DNA of 35,741 nt from Polyangiaceae bacterium. GTDB taxonomy: Bacteria; Myxococcota_A; Polyangia; Polyangiales; Polyangiaceae. The notes under the pieces were generated by a model. It was given only the letters and a program-made list of their open reading frames with translations, was not told the origin of the DNA and ran no database searches. This document shows, in pieces, positions 27,791 to 35,741 of this stretch. How positions within the stretch are numbered: the first letter of the stretch is position 1; each line of letters begins with the position of its first letter. The stretch is taken from the NCBI GenBank assembly GCA_044222475.1, contig JBGANF010000085.1:1-35741 (forward strand), written 5' to 3'. The translations under genes were made by a program, and so were the position numbers.

Positions 27791-28984
27791 ATGGCCAAGC
27801 TCTCGAAGTCCATCGTCATCCTGGGCGCCAAGCGCACCGCGTTCGGCACGCTCCAAGGCGCGCTCAAATCCGTCAACGCGAACGATCTCGCCGCGCACAC
27901 CGCGAAGGCTGCGATCGCCCAGGCCGGCGTCAGCGTGGGGGACATCGGTCACGTCGTCATCGGCAACGTCATGCAGACGAGCGGTGACGCAATCTACGGC
28001 GCGCGTCACGTGGGGCTGAAGGCCGGTCTCCCGATCACGACGCCGGCGCTCACCGTGAATCGCCTGTGTGGCTCCGGCTTCCAAGCGATCATCACCGGTG
28101 CGGAGCAGATCCTGCTCGGCGAGACGGACTGCGTCCTCGTCGGTGGGACCGAGAACATGTCGATGGCACCTCACGTCATCCGCGGCGCGCGCGACGGGTT
28201 CGCCTTCGGCAAGGCGCCGGCGCTCGAGGACTCGCTGTGGACCGCGCTCACCGACAGCTGGTGCAACCTGCCGATGGCGGTGACGGCGGAGAACCTCGCC
28301 GCGAAGCACGGCATCACGCGTCAGCAGTGCGACGAGTTCGCGCTCCTCAGCCAGAAGCGCTGGGCTGCGGCGAACGAGAAGGGCATCTTCAAGGACGAGA
28401 TCGTCCCGTACGACCTCGTGTCGAAGAAGGGGACGGTGAGCTTCGCCGTCGACGAGCACCCGCGCCCGCAGACGACGATCGAAGCGCTCGCGAAGCTGAA
28501 CCCGGTCTTCAAGAAGGACGGCGTCGTCACCGCCGGCAACGCGTCGGGCATCAACGACGGCGCAGCGTCGCTCGTCATCGCGACCGAAGAGTTCGCGAAG
28601 CAGAAGGGCCTCACGCCGCTCGCGCGCATCGTGCAGTGGGGCGTCGCCGCGGTGGAGCCGAGCCTGATGGGCATCGGACCGGTGCCGGCGATCCAAGCGG
28701 CGCTCGCGCGTTCGGGGTTGAAGCTCTCGGACATGGATCTCGTCGAGGTGAACGAGGCGTTCGCACCGCAGTACCTCGCGTGCGAGAAGGAGCTCGGGCT
28801 CGATCGCGAGAAGACCAACGTGAACGGTGGCGGCATCTCGATCGGGCACCCGCTCGGCGCGAGCGGCGCGCGCATCACGACGCACCTCGCGTACGAGCTC
28901 CGCCGTCGAGGCGGCAAGTACGCCGTCGGCAGCGCCTGCATCGGAGGCGGCCAGGGCCTGGCGATCCTCCTCGAGCGACTGTAG
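27791..28984 (+). CDS. acetyl-CoA C-acyltransferase (thiolase)
   Basis: Motifs VNRLCGSG, GGTENMS, VTAGNASGINDGA, EVNEAFA, NVNGGGISIGHPLGASG and SACIGGGQG. Confidence 0.96.
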   Translation: MAKLSKSIVILGAKRTAFGTLQGALKSVNANDLAAHTAKAAIAQAGVSVGDIGHVVIGNVMQTSGDAIYGARHVGLKAGLPITTPALTVNRLCGSGFQAIITGAEQILLGETDCVLVGGTENMSMAPHVIRGARDGFAFGKAPALEDSLWTALTDSWCNLPMAVTAENLAAKHGITRQQCDEFALLSQKRWAAANEKGIFKDEIVPYDLVSKKGTVSFAVDEHPRPQTTIEALAKLNPVFKKDGVVTAGNASGINDGAASLVIATEEFAKQKGLTPLARIVQWGVAAVEPSLMGIGPVPAIQAALARSGLKLSDMDLVEVNEAFAPQYLACEKELGLDREKTNVNGGGISIGHPLGASGARITTHLAYELRRRGGKYAVGSACIGGGQGLAILLERL

Positions 28985-29037
28985 CCCCCGCCTTTTCGTA
29001 GGCTTTTCAAGGGGTTTCGAATTTCGCCACTCATCGC

Positions 29038-29082
29038 TTGACAAATGAGTGAATGAGGTTCACTTTATGGGCGTGATTCACG
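29038..29082 (+). promoter_or_regulatory. sigma-70 promoter with overlapping palindromic operator(s), likely TetR autoregulation
   Basis: TTGACA (29038-43), 17 nt spacer, CACTTT (29061-66). Inverted repeats AGTGAA-N5-TTCACT (29048-64) and CGTGA-T-TCACG (29072-82). Confidence 0.65.
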
Positions 29083-29792
29083 AAACGTCCTCGCCCCGCA
29101 TCGCCAAGAAGCGCGAGCTCCGCACCGAAGCCATCCTCGACGCGGCGATGGCCGTCGTCGCGAACGAAGGTCTCGATCGGCTCACCCTCGGGCGCTTGGC
29201 CGAGACGCTCGGGTACGTGCCCGCGGCGCTCTACCGTTACTTCGCATCGAAGGACGCGCTTCTGGCCGCGCTCCAGCGCCGCGCCGTCGCGAAGATCGGC
29301 GGCACCATCCAGGGCGCCCTCGCCGACGTCGACGAGCGCGCGAAGGGCGAGAGCCCGGCGGTCGCGTGCCTCGCCGCGCTCGCCGGCGCCGCGCGCGCGT
29401 ACAGCGAGCTGCCGGCGACCCACCCGGACGAGTGGTTCCTCGTCGCGGTGCTCCTCGGCGATCCCCGGGTCCTCCTCTCGGACGAAGAGTCGCAGCGAAC
29501 GATGCCGCTCCTCGGCGCGCTGCTCGGCGCCGTCCAAGCGCGCTTCGTCCGCGCGACCGAGGTCTCGGCGCTCGCCCCCGGCGACGCAACGTCCCGCACG
29601 ATCGCCTACTGGGCGGCGCTCCAAGGAGTGCAGACCCTCGCGAAAGCACGTCGCATCGCGCCCGAGCTCCCCGACGCCACCGCCGTCACCGAGGTCGCCA
29701 TCACGGCGATGCTCACCGGCTGGGGCGCGGAACCCTCGGCGCTCGCAGCCGCAAAAGAGATCGCACGTTTCGTTCCAGGAGGTTCTCGATGA
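29067..29792 (+). CDS. TetR/AcrR family transcriptional regulator
   Basis: Motif ILDAAMAVVANEGLDRLTLGRLAETLGYVPAALYRYFASKDALL. Start is ambiguous (29049, 29067 or 29073). Confidence 0.92.
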   Translation: MGVIHETSSPRIAKKRELRTEAILDAAMAVVANEGLDRLTLGRLAETLGYVPAALYRYFASKDALLAALQRRAVAKIGGTIQGALADVDERAKGESPAVACLAALAGAARAYSELPATHPDEWFLVAVLLGDPRVLLSDEESQRTMPLLGALLGAVQARFVRATEVSALAPGDATSRTIAYWAALQGVQTLAKARRIAPELPDATAVTEVAITAMLTGWGAEPSALAAAKEIARFVPGGSR

Positions 29793-30424
29793 TTTCGATT
29801 CCGTGGTTCTTGGCCGGTGGCGTCGCGTGGAGCGCGAGCGAGTACGTCATTCATCGCTTCGTCGGTCACGGACCGAAGCGGAAGCCGAAGGAGACGCTCC
29901 TCGAGCGGCTCACGCCGAGCGGCCTCGCTGCCGAGTTCAACCGCGAGCACCTCGCCCATCACGCCGACCCGACGTACTTCGCGCCCACGACGCGCAAGCT
30001 CGCCGGCGCGGCGTCCGCCATCCCCGCCATCGCGCTCGCGCTCACGCCCTTCGCTGGCCCGCGCCGCGCGGCGTCGTTCGCGCTGGGCTATGCCGCCGTC
30101 TACGCGACGTACGAGGTGCTGCACCGCCGCATCCACACCCACCCGCCGACCGGACCGTACGGGCGCTGGATGCGTCACCACCACCTCTACCACCACCACA
30201 AGACGCCCCGCGAGAACCACGGCGTCACGTCGCCGGTCTGGGATTACCTTTTTGGTACCGAGAGCGAGCGCGAGAAGGTGCGCGTGCCCCGCAAGGCGGC
30301 GCCGCAGTGGATGGTCGACCCGTCGACCGGCGAGGTCGCGGCGCCCTACGCCGAGGACTACGAGCTGGTCCCGCGTCGCGCAGCGCAGGTCGCCACCGCG
30401 ACGCCGGCGTCCGAGCTCTCCTGA
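29789..30424 (+). CDS. fatty acid hydroxylase / sterol desaturase family protein
   Basis: His boxes EYVIHRFVGH, HLAHH, YEVLHRRIH and HHLYHHH, plus NHGVTSPVWDYLFGT. ATGA overlap with TetR. Confidence 0.9.
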   Translation: MISIPWFLAGGVAWSASEYVIHRFVGHGPKRKPKETLLERLTPSGLAAEFNREHLAHHADPTYFAPTTRKLAGAASAIPAIALALTPFAGPRRAASFALGYAAVYATYEVLHRRIHTHPPTGPYGRWMRHHHLYHHHKTPRENHGVTSPVWDYLFGTESEREKVRVPRKAAPQWMVDPSTGEVAAPYAEDYELVPRRAAQVATATPASELS

Positions 30425-30428
30425 GTGC

Positions 30429-30782
30429 TCAGACGCTCTCGGCGAGGACGAATCCGCTCGATCGCGCGGTCGCGACGTCGAGCGCTTCTTCCCCGGCCAC
30501 GATGACCCACCGAACGGCGTTGCGGAGCGCGCGCGCCGCCGCGATCGCGGCTTTCAGGCTCGGGAACACCCAGGCGAGCGTTCCCGGCTGCACGTTTTCC
30601 CAGCCGTAGACGACGAGGGTGACCTCGCTCGTCAGCGTTGCCATCGGCTTGCGGGCGGCGGTGCGGAACGTTCCGGACTCGAGAAACTCGGTGGCTTCCG
30701 TCGATGCCTCTTCCATTCGTGTGGCCAACTCTCGTCTCTGTCTCGCCATTCCCGAAACCACTTCCAGTCTTTTCGAGCTCAT
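30429..30782 (-). CDS. hypothetical cytoplasmic protein
   Basis: Plausible composition (LVVYGWENVQPGTLAWVFPS). A purine-rich RBS (AAGGGGGGG) lies upstream on the minus strand, and the ORF fills the gap. Confidence 0.7.
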   Translation of the reverse strand: MSSKRLEVVSGMARQRRELATRMEEASTEATEFLESGTFRTAARKPMATLTSEVTLVVYGWENVQPGTLAWVFPSLKAAIAAARALRNAVRWVIVAGEEALDVATARSSGFVLAESV

Positions 30783-30914
30783 CGTGGGGCCCCCCCTTGC
30801 TCGCGTTCCCGTCTCACACTAGGCGCCTTCGCGCCGAGCGCAAGAGGCGAATGATTGGCGCACTGCGTCGAGGTTTTTCCCAAATTCTCTCGCGAGTTCT
30901 AAGATCGGCGGGAG

Positions 30915-32410
<1,496 letters not shown>

Positions 32411-32414
<4 letters not shown>

Positions 32415-34228
32415 ACGTCGCGGTCCGCCTCCTCGCTCGCGTGCTCTTTGCGCTCGTCGTCGTGAACGTCGTCACCGACGCAATCTTCTGGGGCTTCGCG
32501 CCGCCGTGGCTCCTGCTCGATGCGAACACCGTCGCGCGCGCAGCCGGGGTCGCCCGGGGCGGCGCCGCCGCGCTCCTCTTCGCCGAGGTCGCGATCGCCG
32601 TGCTCCTCGTGCTCGCGCAGCCGCCGGGTCGCGTGAAGTCGAGCGCCCCCGACGCCGACGCGGTCCTCCGCCTCTTCGCCCTTCCGTCGCGCATCGTCAC
32701 CGTCCACGTGCTGCTGTCGGTCGTGATCGCGCTCGCGCCGCTCAGCGGGATCTTCCGTCCGGAAGAGCTCGACGCGCGCACCGTCGCCGCGCTGGTGCTC
32801 CTCTACTTGACGCTCGTCAGCATCGCCTCGCTGCCGCTGTACGTCGCGACGCGGTCCGCGGTGGCGACGGTGCTCGAGCGCATCTCGGTGCAGATTGCAC
32901 GCGATGCGCTCGGCGAGCTCAAGAACGAGCCGCGCGGGACCCAGCGCGTCGAGCGGCGCCTCTTGGCCGCGGTCGCCGCGCCGGTCGCCCTCATCGGGAT
33001 CGGCGCGTCGCTCCTCGTCTACGCTCACGTGCGCAACGCCGACGAGCTCGCGCGCCAGTCCGATGCGCGCGCGGTCGCGCTCGGCGTGCTCGATCGCGTC
33101 GAAGGCCGCGCCGACGGCCGCGACGAGGCGATCGCGCGAGCTCGCGCCGCCGGCTTCGCCGTCGAGATCGAGACTCAGCGAGAGGCACCGACTCCCGACG
33201 CGTTCGACCCGAACGTCGTCCTCGTCCCGCTCGACGACGGCCGCGCGGTGGTCCGCACCGACCCGCTGGAGCTCGCGCCGGCGACCGCCGGGTGGCTCGC
33301 CCTCGCGATCCTCGGCGTGGCGTTCGCCGCATGGCTCGGCGCGCAGCTCGGCTCTGCGCTCGGCAGCGACGTGCGTCTCGCGACCGAAGAGATCACCAGC
33401 ATGGGTGCGGCCGAGGTGCTCCGCGGATCGGCGGTGATCGGCGCCTCACGCTACTCGTCGGTGCGCGAGCTCACCGAAGCGATCGATCGCCTCGGTCGCG
33501 TCTTCCGCGAGTTCGCCCGCGCTCAGGAGCGCGCGATCCTCGCGCGGGCGACGACCGAGCGCATGCGCGGTGTGCTCCTCGCGACGATGAGCCACGATCT
33601 CAAGGGCCCGCTCAACGCGATCCTCGGGTTCGCGGCGCTCGCCGGGCGATCGTCGCTCGGTGCGCAGCAGCGCGAGAGCCTCGGGATCATCGAGCACCGC
33701 GGCAAGGAGCTGCTTCGCCTCGTGGAGACGGTGCTCGATGCGGCGCGGATCGAAGCCGGAGAGCTGCCGCTGGAGAAGCAGCCGGCGCCCCTCGGCGACA
33801 TCGTCATGGCGTCGGTCCTCGACGCGCGCGAGCTCGCCGCCGAGCTGGGACGCCCGATCGAGGCGAGCGACTTCGACGAGCTGCCCTTGGTGAGCGTCGA
33901 CTCGGCGCGACTCGCCCAGGCGCTCACCGGTCTCGTCGTCGCGGCGGCGCACGTGGCGGCCGAAGGATCGACGGTGCGCGTATCCACCGAGCTCACCGAC
34001 GAGAAGGTGGTCGTCCGGATCGAGAGCCGAGGCACCGACAAGATCGATCCCGAGCGAACCGACATGCTCCGAGCGCTCGAATCGCCCGACCACGCGCGGC
34101 GGCAAGGCAGCATCGGCCTCCGCGTCCTCGTCGCGCGCTCGATCATCGAAGCCCACGCGGGGACGGTCGATGTGAGGATCGAAGACGACGGTCAGGTGCG
34201 GTTCGAGGTGGAGCTGGCGCGCGGTTGA
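32411..34228 (+). CDS. multi-TM histidine-kinase-like protein with degenerate ATPase domain
   Basis: Several TMs and H-box MSHDLKGPLNAILGF. The N-box is replaced by LAQALTGLVVAA, there is no DxGxG, and G2 is reduced to GSIGL. GTGA overlap with the upstream kinase. Confidence 0.85.
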
Positions 34229-34258
34229 CGTGTGTCATCGCGAGTCATACGATGACAC
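34225..34258 (+). promoter_or_regulatory. sigma-70 promoter and operator of the toxin-antitoxin operon
   Basis: TTGACG (34225-30), 17 nt spacer, TACGAT (34248-53). Perfect inverted repeat GTGTCATCG-N9-CGATGACAC (34232-34258). Confidence 0.75.
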
Positions 34259-34260
34259 CC

Positions 34261-34470
34261 ATGGTCAAGACGCAGGTCTATCTCCCGGCCGCCGAGCTCG
34301 CCGCGCTCCATCGGCTGGCGAAGGCGAAGAAACGGCGGGTCGCCGATCTGGTTCGCGAGGCCATCCGCGAGGCGTACTTGCGGCCGCCGCCTTCGGGCCC
34401 GGTCGCCCTCTGGGATGGGCCGTTCTCCGGGTCGTCGAGCGATCACGACGCCGCGTTCGACGAGCCATGA
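34261..34470 (+). CDS. ribbon-helix-helix (CopG-like) antitoxin
   Basis: MVKTQVYL...L.RLAK....VADLVREAI with an acidic tail. ATGA overlap with the PIN gene. Confidence 0.85.
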   Translation: MVKTQVYLPAAELAALHRLAKAKKRRVADLVREAIREAYLRPPPSGPVALWDGPFSGSSSDHDAAFDEP

Positions 34471-34883
34471 TCCGCGCGGGCGAGCGGGTCTTCGTCGACA
34501 CGGGGGCGTGGGTCGCGCTCGCGATCGTTCGCGACTCGATGCACGAGCGCGCGAGAGCGATTTGGACCTCGCTCGGCGAAGCGGGCGCGCGACCTGTCGT
34601 TTCGGTTCCGGTCGTCCTCGAGACCTTCACGTATCTGCAACGGAAGGTCGCGCACGAGCTCGCCGAGCGATGGTGGAGGAGCCTGGAGCACGTGACGTTC
34701 CTCGAGCGCGTCGAGTGCAGCTCGGCCGACCTCGCGGCGGCGATGAAGTACTTCGCCCGGAAGGACCTCCACAAGCTGAGCCTCGTCGACGCGACGAGCT
34801 TCGTCCTCATGCGCAAGCACAAGCTCCGGGTGGCCTTCTCGCTCGACACGCACTTTGCAGCCGCCGGCTTTCGGTTGGCGTAG
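34467..34883 (+). CDS. vapC: PIN-domain VapC-family toxin
   Basis: VFVDTGAW, VLET, SLVDATS and FSLD.HF...GF carry the acidic PIN catalytic set. Confidence 0.92.
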   Translation: MIRAGERVFVDTGAWVALAIVRDSMHERARAIWTSLGEAGARPVVSVPVVLETFTYLQRKVAHELAERWWRSLEHVTFLERVECSSADLAAAMKYFARKDLHKLSLVDATSFVLMRKHKLRVAFSLDTHFAAAGFRLA

Positions 34884-34888
34884 CGCGC

Positions 34889-35167
34889 TCAGTCGCCGGT
34901 CGCGTCGGCGACCCCGCCGTCGCAGTTGGGTCCGGGTGGGACTCCACGGCAATCTTCGAAGAGCGTGTATCCACTTGGGCACGTCCACACGGCGTTCACG
35001 CAGACCGGCGGGGGAAAGTCGTTCCCTACGTCGTTGCAGTGACACGGCTCGCCGCGCATGCAGCGCGTCACGACTCGTCCGCTACAGGCACTGTTGTCGG
35101 GGCCGGTGGAGCACGCGAGCGCGACGAGTAGCGCGGTGACGAGCGTGGTCGCGAGCAGCGTCCTCAT
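34889..35167 (-). CDS. small Cys-rich lipoprotein
   Basis: ATG 35167, lipobox ALAC and eight further Cys in about 70 residues. ATGA overlap with the upstream gene. Confidence 0.7.
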   Translation of the reverse strand: MRTLLATTLVTALLVALACSTGPDNSACSGRVVTRCMRGEPCHCNDVGNDFPPPVCVNAVWTCPSGYTLFEDCRGVPPGPNCDGGVADATGD

Positions 35168-35741
35168 TTGTGCTTGATGCCCAGGATCTCCCTCGCCCTC
35201 TTCGGTTCCGCGAGCTTGCGGCCCACGCTTCGTGCGTAGTCGGCGGCTCGCGCCACGAGCGGCGCGCTGCCTTCGGCGAGCTCGCCCTTCGCGAGGTAGA
35301 TGTTGTCCTCGAGGCCGACGCGCGCGTGGCCCCCCATGCGCATCGCGAGCTCCGTCATCGGCTTCTGATGGCGGCCCACCGCGGCGACGCCCCAGGTCGA
35401 ATCCTTGGGCAAGAGCGAAACCATGTACTTTACATGTTCCTCTTTTGCTCCGAGCCCGCCGGGAACTCCGAGCACGAACTGGAAGTGCAGCGTCCCGTGG
35501 AGCACTCCCTCGGCCTGGAGCGCGAGCGCTTCCTCGACGTGACCGACCTCGTAGCACTCGAGCTCGACGATCGACCCCGCCTTCTTGATCCGGCCCGCCA
35601 GGTCGCGGATCTGCGGCCGCGTGTTCACGAAGACGTCGTCGCCGAAGTTCAGGCTGCCGCAGTTGAGCGTCGCCATCTCGGGCTTGCACGCGAGCGGCTG
35701 CGCGCGCTCGTCGATCGGCATGCCGACCGCGCCACCGGTCG
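35164..35741 (-). CDS. 3-keto-5-aminohexanoate cleavage enzyme family (BKACE/DUF849, Kce-like), 5' partial
   Basis: The frame stays open to the window edge (TGGAVGM...). Motifs PEMATLNCGSLNFG, ELECYE.GH, FQFVLGVPG and GGHARVGLEDN. Confidence 0.9.
   Translation of the reverse strand, partial: TGGAVGMPIDERAQPLACKPEMATLNCGSLNFGDDVFVNTRPQIRDLAGRIKKAGSIVELECYEVGHVEEALALQAEGVLHGTLHFQFVLGVPGGLGAKEEHVKYMVSLLPKDSTWGVAAVGRHQKPMTELAMRMGGHARVGLEDNIYLAKGELAEGSAPLVARAADYARSVGRKLAEPKRAREILGIKHK

Noticed and set aside
28985..29020. Possible intrinsic terminator after the thiolase gene
   Set aside because: The stem is weak and imperfect and the T-runs are not positioned after a stable hairpin.

Overview
High-GC, gene-dense bacterial chromosome segment. 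The many Cys-rich lipoproteins, Asp-Ala/Gly-Gly linkers, a MYXO-CTERM-like tail, an IgGFc-binding-type protein and a eukaryote-like Ser/Thr kinase point to Myxococcota, probably Polyangiaceae/Labilithrix-like (inference). About 35 CDSs are supported. They include a peptidoglycan amidase, an NtrC-family sigma-54 activator, an NlpI-like TPR lipoprotein, DUF58 and BatA/vWA genes without MoxR, fRMsr (GAF), a HutF-like deiminase, MarR, uvrB, a Ser/Thr kinase plus beta-barrel, a beta-helix lipoprotein, a solitary FliR/SctT gene, a MaoC hydratase, thiolase, TetR plus fatty-acid hydroxylase, two tandem histidine kinases, an RHH-VapC toxin-antitoxin pair and a partial BKACE gene. I saw no rRNA, tRNA, CRISPR array or transposase. 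The most notable items are (1) a coupled intact kinase and membrane pseudokinase sharing an almost identical H-box, (2) the orphan type III export-gate subunit, (3) a MoxR-less NlpI-like/DUF58/vWA locus interrupted by fRMsr, (4) a putative doubly anchored, two-domain cell-wall hydrolase under a sigma-54-like promoter, and (5) recurrent leaderless-type promoter geometry. All calls come from motif reading by eye; no database searches were run.
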